A stretch of DNA of 45,686 nt from Bacillota bacterium (lineage in GTDB: Bacteria > Bacillota > Limnochordia > JAAZLZ01): assembly GCA_012522085.1 (NCBI GenBank), contig JAAYLE010000124.1:1-45686 (forward strand). The letters run 5' to 3'. The notes beneath the pieces were generated by a model. It worked only from the letters and a program-made list of their open reading frames with translations. It was not told the DNA's origin and did no database searches. The translations under genes and the position numbers were made by a program. Of this stretch, positions 35,558 through 44,052 are shown in pieces (the stretch's first letter is position 1; every line of letters begins with the position of its first letter).

Positions 35558-36709
35558 TCAATCAAACTCGACGTTTTCGTTGACGACTCTGTCGATGACC
35601 ACCGGCTTGTTGTCCTGGATCTGGATGACGAACAGCTCATGCAGGGCTTGACCGTTCTTAGCCACATTGTAGGTCAGGCCGTGGCTGCCTTTGACGTTCC
35701 GCAATGTCCGCAGGGCATCCCGTACCGCGGTCTTCTCCACGGTACCCGCCTTTTCCGCGGCCATCTTGTAGAGATTGACTGCATCATAGGCAAGGGATAC
35801 GAAGAAGTTCTGCGGAACGGAGCCAAAGCGCTCCTGGTAGTCGCTGACCAGTTTCTCCACCGCCGGATCCTTCAAGTTGGCGCTGAAGGTAACGACGCCG
35901 ACTAGACCTTCCGCGGCTTCGCCCGCGATTTGCAGGAAGCTTTCCTGACCTGCAGTGCCGGAACCGAAGAGCTTGACGCCCGGCAGGAGCTGACGGGCCT
36001 GCCGGCACATCAAGGCCAGCTCAACGTCGAAAGCCCACCCGACCAGGGCTTCGGCCCCCGCGCTCTTAATATTGAGCATCTGGCCGGTGAAGTCCCGATC
36101 GCCTGTGTTGAAGGCCTCAATAGCTACAGGCTTCAGTCCCTTGGCGGCCAGCGCCTGGGTGATGGTTTCAGCGCCGCCGACGCCAAACTGGTCGGTGCTG
36201 TGGAGGATGGCCACTTTCGAGAGTCCCAGATTATCGACAATGTAGTTGACGACACAGATTGCCGCCAGCTCATCGTGCTCCCGAACCCTAACGAGCCAGG
36301 GATTGCCCAGCTGGGTGATCCTTTCGGCGCTTCCCAGGGGGAACATGATCACCTCTTCCTTGGCCACCAAGGGTTCGGCCGCCAGCACAGCGGTGCTTTG
36401 GGTATCACCGATGATGACATCTACCTTGTGCTGGTAGATGAGCTTCTGGGCGGCCGTTACCGCGGGAGTGGCTGCCCCTTGGGAGTCCTCCCAAACGAGC
36501 TCCAGCTTGTGACCGAGGATGCCGCCTTCTTTGTTGATCTGTTCGATGGCGAGCAAGGCTCCATTCGTGGTGGCATCGCCGTTGGGGGCGCTGCCGCCGG
36601 TAAAGGGAGCGAGGATGCCAAACTTGATCACTTTGTCGGCAGCTAGTCCCACCGCGCTAATGGCCAACACAATCAGCAAGCCAATGACCACAATACGATA
36701 CCTACGCAT
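35558..36709 (-). CDS. LIV-type (HAAT family) ABC transporter substrate-binding protein
   Basis: MRRYRIVVIGLLIVLAISAVGLAADKVIKFGILAPFTGG gives a signal peptide plus PBP type 1 pattern. ATG 36709 lies 9 nt after AGGAGGTG. The ORF track GTG 36721 lies inside that SD. Confidence 0.9.
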   Translation of the reverse strand: MRRYRIVVIGLLIVLAISAVGLAADKVIKFGILAPFTGGSAPNGDATTNGALLAIEQINKEGGILGHKLELVWEDSQGAATPAVTAAQKLIYQHKVDVIIGDTQSTAVLAAEPLVAKEEVIMFPLGSAERITQLGNPWLVRVREHDELAAICVVNYIVDNLGLSKVAILHSTDQFGVGGAETITQALAAKGLKPVAIEAFNTGDRDFTGQMLNIKSAGAEALVGWAFDVELALMCRQARQLLPGVKLFGSGTAGQESFLQIAGEAAEGLVGVVTFSANLKDPAVEKLVSDYQERFGSVPQNFFVSLAYDAVNLYKMAAEKAGTVEKTAVRDALRTLRNVKGSHGLTYNVAKNGQALHELFVIQIQDNKPVVIDRVVNENVEFD

Positions 36710-36954
36710 GGGCACAGTCACCTCCTGGAATTATGTCCGTGCTCCGAGACAGAAAAAAGCGGCCAGCGATCACCTCCTCCAAGCGCGATAGATAGCCCAA
36801 TGGTCCGGAGTTTGCAGGAGCGCAATCCCCGGGTCTAGCCTATGGGCTGACGGATGTCTACCAAGTGTGATGCAATTGCTTTAAATCAGTATTTCGGCTC
36901 CGAACGATGAAAACCCTCTATTTGTGTGAAAAATCACCTGATGGATGTTGTAGT

Positions 36955-36984
36955 GGGGAAAAGGGCGGCCCCAAGGGCCAGCCC
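36955..36984 (-). terminator. Intrinsic terminator after the ADP-dependent kinase gene
   Basis: Minus-strand RNA reads GGGC(U)GGCCC-uug-GGGCCGCCC followed by UUUUCCCC, directly after the TAG at 36985. Confidence 0.65.
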
Positions 36985-38427
36985 CTATTCCATCGTTCCG
37001 ATGATAAAAGCCGAGGAGGAGATGATATCGCCCAAACCTACAGTCAAGACTGGCTTGGGTACGATTTTGGTGGGAATGAACACTAGATCGTAGGGTCCGT
37101 AGGAGGCGATTCCCTCGGTCAGGAACCCTTGATCCGCTTCTAAGTGGGCGGCGAGGGCTTGCAGTCGGGAAAGGCCCCGGGGACTGAGGTCGACGCCGAG
37201 CCCTTCTTTGATGTCCGCCTTGTCATCGATTCTACCCGTCAGGGAGCGGGCGGCGGCCAAGGTGGCTGCCAGGAGCAGCCCGGCGCGAGTTTGCTTGGGA
37301 GGAACAAACCCCTTTTGCTGCAGGCACAGGTAATACCCCAGATCGTGGAGGTGGATCCTGTTGAGCTTAGTATGCTCCATTAAGGCCACAAGTCCCGCCA
37401 GAACTGCCTGGATAGTATCCTGGGCCTCGATATCTTCTGCCAGGGAAGCTCGTCCGATATTCCTCAGCAGCGCGCATAGCTCGACTTCGTTTAGCCCCAG
37501 GCTGTCCACATGGGGAAGGATGAGGTCCACGATTCCTTGTCTGATTTTGGGACTGGCGATGGAGGCAAACTCGTAGTGCTGCTTGAGATGGGGGGCAGCC
37601 TCCTTCAGCTGGCCCAGGTAATCGGCCACCGGCAGGAGGCATTCCCGGTAGGTCGAGCCGTCAGGATAGTTCTCCGACAGGATGTGAAAGCCGGAGATGA
37701 CAAAATGGCTAAAATCAGCGGCCCGGTCCAGCAGCCCCCGCTTGAAGTCTTCCCTCACCTGGAGGCGGTTGTTGATGGGATTCCAGGCGGCGATGTAGCG
37801 ATTGGCCCGGGGCGTCGTCAGCTCGAGGCCGGGGATCTTGACCTTCAGGTCCGTCGGGTACTCGAAGATCCAGTGGACCGCATAGACTCCCTCGCCCTCA
37901 TAGGCCTTCCTCGGGGGCTTTAGGACGAACTTGCCGTCTTCTTCCACAAGCACGAACAAGTTCGGTTTGTCGATGAAGAGTTCTGCTTGTTCTTTGGTCA
38001 GGGGATTGGCATAGACTAAGATCTTGGCAAAACCTAATGGAGCCAAGTAGTTGGCCATATTGCCCGATGTGCCTCCGATGCGCAGCCGATCATAACCGAA
38101 TTTATCCATGGTCCAGTTGAAGGTCTCTTCGGACCGGATCATGAGCTGGAGAGCCTTCCCCTTTTGCATCGAATCCAACAAGCCGATGACTAGATCCGCG
38201 GGGGAGTTGATCTCAAGGGGCACCTGGCCTAGACTTTCGAGGACCTCCTGGCGGAGGGCATCGTCCTCTGCTAGGATCCTGGCCAATTCGTCGGGCCGAA
38301 CGGCTTTCAGTCCATCGATGGTGGCATGAAACCCGAGTACTACTCCGGGGACCTGGTCGATTTTTGCTAGATTTTCAGGGAGGGAACGCTCATATAACCC
38401 ATTCCAACTGTCAACAAGCTCCAACAT
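36985..38427 (-). CDS. ADP-dependent sugar kinase (ADP-glucokinase/ADP-phosphofructokinase family, PFKC)
   Basis: About 480-aa ORF colinear by eye with Pyrococcus ADP-glucokinase: VPGVVLGFHATIDG, LRIGGTSGNMANYL, HWIFEYP, PRANRYIAAW, HFVISGFHIL, HYEFASI, SLGLNEVEL (NxxE), RIHLHDLGYYLCL, FIPTKIVPKPVLTVGLGDIISSSAF (GxGD). ATG 38427 lies after AGGGGG. The ORF track TTG is at 38430. Confidence 0.85.
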   Translation of the reverse strand: MLELVDSWNGLYERSLPENLAKIDQVPGVVLGFHATIDGLKAVRPDELARILAEDDALRQEVLESLGQVPLEINSPADLVIGLLDSMQKGKALQLMIRSEETFNWTMDKFGYDRLRIGGTSGNMANYLAPLGFAKILVYANPLTKEQAELFIDKPNLFVLVEEDGKFVLKPPRKAYEGEGVYAVHWIFEYPTDLKVKIPGLELTTPRANRYIAAWNPINNRLQVREDFKRGLLDRAADFSHFVISGFHILSENYPDGSTYRECLLPVADYLGQLKEAAPHLKQHYEFASIASPKIRQGIVDLILPHVDSLGLNEVELCALLRNIGRASLAEDIEAQDTIQAVLAGLVALMEHTKLNRIHLHDLGYYLCLQQKGFVPPKQTRAGLLLAATLAAARSLTGRIDDKADIKEGLGVDLSPRGLSRLQALAAHLEADQGFLTEGIASYGPYDLVFIPTKIVPKPVLTVGLGDIISSSAFIIGTME

Positions 38428-38701
38428 CAAAACCCCCTTGCACCTTCTTAGGTTACCCGGAAATATTCGTTTCCCGCGGAGGCCTTTCCTTCCAAATCGA
38501 GGAGTTATCGGCTTTGTGTCGAAACCAGTAGGAGATGCATAGGAGGGAACAGGGAATCGGCAAGATAAGCGAGAAACTGGGGCTTTGTCGATCCCTGGTA
38601 CGAAGTTCCAGGCAGCCTCGGTCTCGGCTGCTAGGGACGCTCTTCGCCCCTATCCTAAGAAGGGGCGGGAGGGGGAAAGACGGATGATGGAGTGACGGAC
38701 C

Positions 38702-39346
38702 TTGCAGGAATACAGGGTCATAGCTGAGAGGTGCCAAGCCAGCATCATCGTGCGCCGGTCGGAGTTCATTGCCCAGGCCGCCCCGGTCGAAGACGAGGAA
38801 GAAGCCTGGCAGTTCGTGGAGGAGATCCGGGAACGCCATCGGGAGGCGACCCATAACGTCTATGCCTGGCGAGTCGGTCTTGCCGATGAGCTGATCCGCA
38901 GCAGCGATGATGGGGAGCCGGCCGGAACTGCCGGACGGCCAGTCTTAGAGGTTATCCAGCGGGAAGCCCTGCATAATGTGGTGGTGGTCGTCACCCGCTA
39001 TTTTGGCGGCATCTTGCTGGGAGCGGGGGGACTGGTGCGGGCCTACAGCAAGGCGGCAACAGAAGTGTTGCGGGTGGCCCCCAAAGCTCTTTGCCAGCCC
39101 CGGCAAAGGCTTCGGATTCGCCTAGACTATGGCGCATTGGGCAAACTGCAAAATGAGATCATCCAAATTGGAGGGGCCATCGAGGAGGCCGATTACGGAG
39201 CTGTAGTCGTTTTGGATGTCCTGCTCCCCCTTACCGCGGTGGATTTCATCAGTCAAACGGCCCTCGATCTGACCAGGGGCGAGGCCCGCATTGAGCAGTT
39301 GGGGATCGAATATGTAATGGTCACAGGGGTGGATGAAAAAAAGTGA
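38702..39346 (+). CDS. yigZ: YigZ/IMPACT family protein (UPF0029)
   Basis: 214-aa ORF with IIVRRSEFIAQAAPV, REATHNVYAWRVG, DDGEPAGTAGRPVL and VVVVTRYFGGILLGAGGLVRAY, the IMPACT N-domain motifs. TTG start. Confidence 0.85.
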   Translation: MQEYRVIAERCQASIIVRRSEFIAQAAPVEDEEEAWQFVEEIRERHREATHNVYAWRVGLADELIRSSDDGEPAGTAGRPVLEVIQREALHNVVVVVTRYFGGILLGAGGLVRAYSKAATEVLRVAPKALCQPRQRLRIRLDYGALGKLQNEIIQIGGAIEEADYGAVVVLDVLLPLTAVDFISQTALDLTRGEARIEQLGIEYVMVTGVDEKK

Positions 39347-41601
39347 CAAATTTATTGATGGAAGGGACCTATCGTGGGTTCAAGCTGGATCCTTTTCAGC
39401 TGGAAGCCATTGAACACATCGAGGCCGGGCTTTCCGTCTTGGTCTCCGCCCCGACAGGCGTAGGCAAGACTCTAATTGCCGACTACTTAATTGAAAAAAC
39501 ATACCGAGAAGGCAAACAAGTGGTTTACACCGCACCCATCAAGGCCCTCAGCAACCAGAAATTCAAAGAGTTTAAGCGTCTCTTGGGGGAGGATCAGGTG
39601 GGCATTCTAACCGGTGATGTCGTCATCAACCAGGATGCTCCGGTGATGATCATGACGACGGAGATCTTTCGCAACCTCCTCCATCTGGATCCGGGCCGCC
39701 TTGCCCACGTGGCCTATGTGATTTTCGATGAGATCCATTACATCGACGATCCTGAGCGGGGCAGCGTTTGGGAGGAAAGCTTGATCTTCATGCCTTCCAC
39801 CATGCGCTTTCTCGGCCTTAGCGCCACCATCCCCAATGTGGATGAACTGGCCGCCTGGATAGGCCAGATCCACCAACAGGAAATCAAGATCGTTCGCCAC
39901 CATCAGCGGGCCGTACCCCTGGAGCACAGGCTGTTTGAAATAAACAGGGGTCTTTGCACCCGCAAGCAGCTCCTCGCCTACTACCGGCGGCAGAAGGCCA
40001 AAGGAGCTAAGTTCGAGTCGACCACCCATCTCGATCTATTAGATTACATCGGTCCCGGCTACCTGCCCTGCCTGTTCTTCATGTTCAGCAGACGCAAGTG
40101 TGAACAGGCGGCGAGGGAGTTGGGTCAGAGCCAAGACTTCCTCGACTACCGGGAGAAGATGGACATCCGCAAGGTGGTCGACGAGGTGACGATGCGCTAT
40201 CCTCCTGGTGTTCGGGGTCGGGGGAAGGAGCTCCTCGACCTTTGGCAAAAGGGGATCGCCTTTCACCATGCGGGGCTCTTGCCGGTGGTCAAGGATGTGG
40301 TGGAAGAGCTTTTTGAACGGCGCCTGTTAAAGATCATCTACTGCACCGAAACCTTTGCCGTGGGCCTGAACTTCCCTTGCCGAACCGTTTGTTTCGAATC
40401 GCTGACAAAATGGGATGGGGAGGTCTTCCGGCCCTTGGCCAATCGGGAGTATTTCCAGATGGCGGGCCGCGCGGGGAGGCGGGGGATTGACGAGGAAGGC
40501 TTCGTCTTTTCCCTGATCGACCTCAAATACTTTCAACCCGAGGAGCTGCCCTCCCTCCGGGAGGAGGATGTGGAGCCCCTCCGCAGCCGTTTTGCCCTAT
40601 CCTACAACAGTGTCCTCAACCTTGTCCGCAAGTACGATGAGGAAGAAATCAACCGCATTTTGCAGCAGAACTTCGCCAGCTTCCAAAACCAGCTCGAACG
40701 CCGTCGGGCCGAGGACCGGGTGGAGGCCATCAAGGTCAGGTGGGCCAAAGAAAGATACTGTGCGGCCCGGGGACGCCCGGAGTGTCCTGTGGGCGACCGT
40801 CAGCTGGCCAGGAAGCTGGAAGACCTGCAAAAGGCGATGGGAAGCTTGGGGAAGAAGAGGCGGGATCGCCGGCAGCGGGCCTTGCTCAGGCGGGACATCG
40901 CCCGACTGGAAAAGCGCCTCGCCGGGTCCCGCAAGAAATGTTCGCCGAAGCAAGTTGAGCATTGTCGCAAGTGGAACAAACAATGGCTCCGGGACCAAAG
41001 GGAGCTCGAGGTGCTGCTCGAGCAGCTTGACCAAATGGAGGCTCCAGAGCGCTATCGGTTGGAGTTTGCCGCCAAGAAGGCTCTCCTGCAGGAGCTCGAC
41101 TACCTGAGGGGCGATGAGTTCACTGCCAGGGGCGAGTTTGCCTCCCGCATCCAGGTCCAGGAGCTCTTGGTAACTGAGCTTTTCTTCGCCGGCATCTTCC
41201 ACGAATACACCATTGATGAGATTAACGGCCTGGTTGCCGGCATTGATTATGAGCCGCGGCGGGGAGAATTCCGGCGTCCCCAGCGGGCGGTGAACCTGGC
41301 TCCAGTCACGAAACTAGTGCGCTACCTTCAAGATTTGGAGACGAACTTCACGGGAAGCACAAGCGTTCGCTTCCACGACCATCCCGTCCTCTTGGCCTAC
41401 AATTGGAGCAGAGGGGTCCCCTTCGGGGAGCTCCTTGAAGGGTCGGGCATCGATGAGGGCGATTTGGTCTATAGTCTGCGGCGGGGGATCGATGTCCTGC
41501 GACAAATAAGAAGTGCGGCCGCGGAAGATCGGATTTTGAGCGCTAAGCTCCAAGCTTGCATTGAGCGGATGGACAGGGATGAGGTAGCCATCGTCTTGTA
41601 G
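39343..41601 (+). CDS. Ski2-like DExH-box helicase with DSHCT-like C-terminal domain (HelY-like)
   Basis: Motif I APTGVGKT, motif II FDEIHY, motif III SAT, motif VI QMAGRAGRRGID. The C-terminus (ELFFAGIF...IDEINGLVAGIDYEPRR...GDLVYSLRRGIDVLRQI) resembles DSHCT. GTG 39343 overlaps the yigZ TGA (GTGA). An alternative ATG is at 39358. Confidence 0.9.
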   Translation: MTNLLMEGTYRGFKLDPFQLEAIEHIEAGLSVLVSAPTGVGKTLIADYLIEKTYREGKQVVYTAPIKALSNQKFKEFKRLLGEDQVGILTGDVVINQDAPVMIMTTEIFRNLLHLDPGRLAHVAYVIFDEIHYIDDPERGSVWEESLIFMPSTMRFLGLSATIPNVDELAAWIGQIHQQEIKIVRHHQRAVPLEHRLFEINRGLCTRKQLLAYYRRQKAKGAKFESTTHLDLLDYIGPGYLPCLFFMFSRRKCEQAARELGQSQDFLDYREKMDIRKVVDEVTMRYPPGVRGRGKELLDLWQKGIAFHHAGLLPVVKDVVEELFERRLLKIIYCTETFAVGLNFPCRTVCFESLTKWDGEVFRPLANREYFQMAGRAGRRGIDEEGFVFSLIDLKYFQPEELPSLREEDVEPLRSRFALSYNSVLNLVRKYDEEEINRILQQNFASFQNQLERRRAEDRVEAIKVRWAKERYCAARGRPECPVGDRQLARKLEDLQKAMGSLGKKRRDRRQRALLRRDIARLEKRLAGSRKKCSPKQVEHCRKWNKQWLRDQRELEVLLEQLDQMEAPERYRLEFAAKKALLQELDYLRGDEFTARGEFASRIQVQELLVTELFFAGIFHEYTIDEINGLVAGIDYEPRRGEFRRPQRAVNLAPVTKLVRYLQDLETNFTGSTSVRFHDHPVLLAYNWSRGVPFGELLEGSGIDEGDLVYSLRRGIDVLRQIRSAAAEDRILSAKLQACIERMDRDEVAIVL

Positions 41602-41680
41602 TAGGGGAGGAACATCCCCGAAAACAGCTAATACTTCCATTAACCCGGCGGACAGCCTATGCCCGATGAAGGTGGTGCAT

Positions 41681-44038
41681 ATGCGGCGTCCGCTCCTTTG
41701 GGTCTTAGCTTGTTACAGCCTCGGCTGCCTTTTCGGCTGGCTTCTCCCTTCCTTGGGCAGGCATCTTCTTTATCCCCTCATCCTGGTCACCCTTTATTAC
41801 CTTTTCGCCGCCCACCGGCGGCCTTGGGCCCGGTGGCTGGCAGCCTTACTGCTAGTTGCCTTGGGACTCCTCCGGACAAGCGCAGCCCTGGAAGGGCCGC
41901 GCCAGTTGGCCGCCTTCCATTCCCGGGAGGAGACAACCTTGCGGGGCCGAGTGGCTACTTCCCCCATCTTCGCCGAGGATCGGGTGCGCTTTGCCTTCGC
42001 GGTTGAGGAGCTCCTCCAAGACGGGATTCGCTTTCGGGGCCGGGGCCTGGTCCAGGTGACGATGGAGGTTGCCACCGAGGGGAAGATACCTGCTTACGGC
42101 GATGAACTGTTGCTGTTGGCACCTTTGCGATCGCCTAGGACGGCTGGCAACCCGGGCGAGTTTTGCTACGCTTCGCATTTGCTCCGTCGAGGCATAGGCG
42201 GAGTGGCCTATGTCCAGGAAGGGGATTATGCGGTCCTAGCTGAGGGTGGAGGCAATGTCCTCGTTCGGCGGGCCATGGCCACCCGGGACCGCTTCATCTC
42301 CCTTTGGCGGGAAGTTATGCCCCCGACCCAGGCCGAAGTCCTGATCGCCATGGCGACGGGTCAGCGAGGGGACCTTCCGTCCGACATCGAGCTGGATTTC
42401 ACCAGGACGGGCCTGGGCCATTTGCTGGCCGTCTCCGGGGTTCATGTGGGCCTGGTTGGAGCTTTTGTCCTGCTTCTTGGGCGTCTCTTTCGTCTGCCCC
42501 AGACCGTAGGGCAGGTGCTCACGGCAATTGCCATCTTCTTTTACGTCCTAGCCATCGGACCGCGGGCCTCGGCCTGGCGAGCGCTTCTAATGGCCGTCGG
42601 CGCCATCGGGGGCCTCCTCCTTCACCGGCGGGCCGATGGCTTGAATCTGTGGGCTTTGGCAGCCTTGGTCCTGTTGTTGATCAACCCCCTGCAGTGGGGT
42701 GAGGTCGGTTTTCAACTATCCTTCGCGGCAACTTGGGCCCTCATCTGCTTGACTTCACCAATCAGGGCTTTTCTGCCTGGGGTTTTGGCCGCCTCCGCGG
42801 CCGCCTGGCTTGGGACCTGGCCCTTGATGGCCTATCATTTTCAACAGCTGGCCTTGGCAGGGCTCCTGGCCAATCCCCTAGCCATACCTTTGGCCGGGGT
42901 GATTCTGGGCTTGGGGCTCTTGTTGGGCCTTGTGGGGCAAGTTTGGTCCCCCGCGGCCGCGCCCCTCAGCTGGTGTTTAGTCAAGCTGATGGACCTTTTT
43001 CTGTGGCTCGCCCGCATCTTCGCTAGGCTCCCCCTTTACTTTGAACCTGCCCAACCGCCTGCCGTGCTCGTCGCCGGTTATTATCTCCTCCTCCTTTGGC
43101 TGTGGCAGCAGGAACGCAGGCTGCTGCCCCACAACATCGGCAACGCCCCCATCCGCCGCCGACAGCTCGCCGCCGTCCTGTTGATCTTGACCCTCTTCGT
43201 TTGGGCGCGGGTGGTCGATCTTTATCGGCGAGATTTGGTGGTCACCTTCCTCGATGTGGGGCAGGGCGATGCAGCCTTGCTCGAGTTTCCCGGGCGAGTC
43301 AGGGTGCTCATCGATGGGGGAGGTCGCCCCGAGCATCTTGCGGGCGACTTCGATGTGGGCCGGGACGTGCTCCTACCCTATTTCCGGCGCAGGGGCATCA
43401 AGTCCTTGGATCTGGTGATTTGCACCCATCCCCATGAGGATCATTTCCAAGGACTGATCGCCGTGTTGGAGGCGATGCCTGTCAGCTTGGTGGTTGATAA
43501 CGGGGAAGTTGGCCCGACTGCTGCGTATGAGCGGTATCACCTGCTGGCGCGGCGGGGAGACTACCTGACCGGCAGGGCGGGGGTGCACCTCAAGCCGGGG
43601 ATCAGCATCCTCCATCCGCCGGCGGTTCATCTTGCGGGAACGACTTCCGATGTCAACAACAATTCCATCGTTTGTCGCGTCCAATTCGGACAGGTAAGCT
43701 TTTTGTTCACCGGCGATCTGGACTTTGAAGGGCAGGAGTACCTGCTGAAGGGGGGGAGCACATTAGCTGCCGATGTGTTGAAATATCCCCATCATGGAAG
43801 CCGGCTGGCCTTCAACCCTTCTTTCTTAGCGGCAGTCAGTCCCCAGGTATGCGTCATCTCCGTCGGACCAAACCCTTTTGGCCAGCCTGCACCTGCCGTC
43901 TTGTCCTTCTTGGCCGGGGCGGGTGTGGCAACCTACCGCACGGATTTGGATGGGGCGGTGCGGGTGATTGCCGATGGCAGGTCCCTCCGGGTCATTCCCA
44001 CCCGCAGGAATCTACTCTTCAGGGGAGAAAGATTTTAG
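41681..44038 (+). CDS. comEC: DNA internalization-related competence protein ComEC/Rec2
   Basis: Polytopic competence domain (TGLGHLLAVSGVHVG) plus a C-terminal metallo-beta-lactamase domain (FLDVGQGDA, CTHPHEDH). ATG 41681 lies after GAAGGTGGTG. The ORF track start is 41666. Confidence 0.9.
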   Translation: MRRPLLWVLACYSLGCLFGWLLPSLGRHLLYPLILVTLYYLFAAHRRPWARWLAALLLVALGLLRTSAALEGPRQLAAFHSREETTLRGRVATSPIFAEDRVRFAFAVEELLQDGIRFRGRGLVQVTMEVATEGKIPAYGDELLLLAPLRSPRTAGNPGEFCYASHLLRRGIGGVAYVQEGDYAVLAEGGGNVLVRRAMATRDRFISLWREVMPPTQAEVLIAMATGQRGDLPSDIELDFTRTGLGHLLAVSGVHVGLVGAFVLLLGRLFRLPQTVGQVLTAIAIFFYVLAIGPRASAWRALLMAVGAIGGLLLHRRADGLNLWALAALVLLLINPLQWGEVGFQLSFAATWALICLTSPIRAFLPGVLAASAAAWLGTWPLMAYHFQQLALAGLLANPLAIPLAGVILGLGLLLGLVGQVWSPAAAPLSWCLVKLMDLFLWLARIFARLPLYFEPAQPPAVLVAGYYLLLLWLWQQERRLLPHNIGNAPIRRRQLAAVLLILTLFVWARVVDLYRRDLVVTFLDVGQGDAALLEFPGRVRVLIDGGGRPEHLAGDFDVGRDVLLPYFRRRGIKSLDLVICTHPHEDHFQGLIAVLEAMPVSLVVDNGEVGPTAAYERYHLLARRGDYLTGRAGVHLKPGISILHPPAVHLAGTTSDVNNNSIVCRVQFGQVSFLFTGDLDFEGQEYLLKGGSTLAADVLKYPHHGSRLAFNPSFLAAVSPQVCVISVGPNPFGQPAPAVLSFLAGAGVATYRTDLDGAVRVIADGRSLRVIPTRRNLLFRGERF

Positions 44039-44052
44039 GGGAGGCGAATGGA

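Noticed and set aside
36722-36954. Riboswitch, T-box or attenuator in the leader of the second LIV-type operon (U6 tract at 36752..36757 on the minus strand; duplicated GGAGGTGA)
   Set aside because: The U-tract is not preceded by a stable hairpin. I see no T-box (no GGUGGUACCGCG-like motif) or other known aptamer core. Only short local stems are present, such as AGCCCA...TGGGCT at 36795..36848.
38453-38854. 133-aa minus-strand ORF in the ADP-kinase/yigZ intergenic region
   Set aside because: It overlaps the well-supported yigZ N-terminus in antisense, has Pro/Leu/Arg-rich composition and no SD. The region is better explained as structured non-coding leader.
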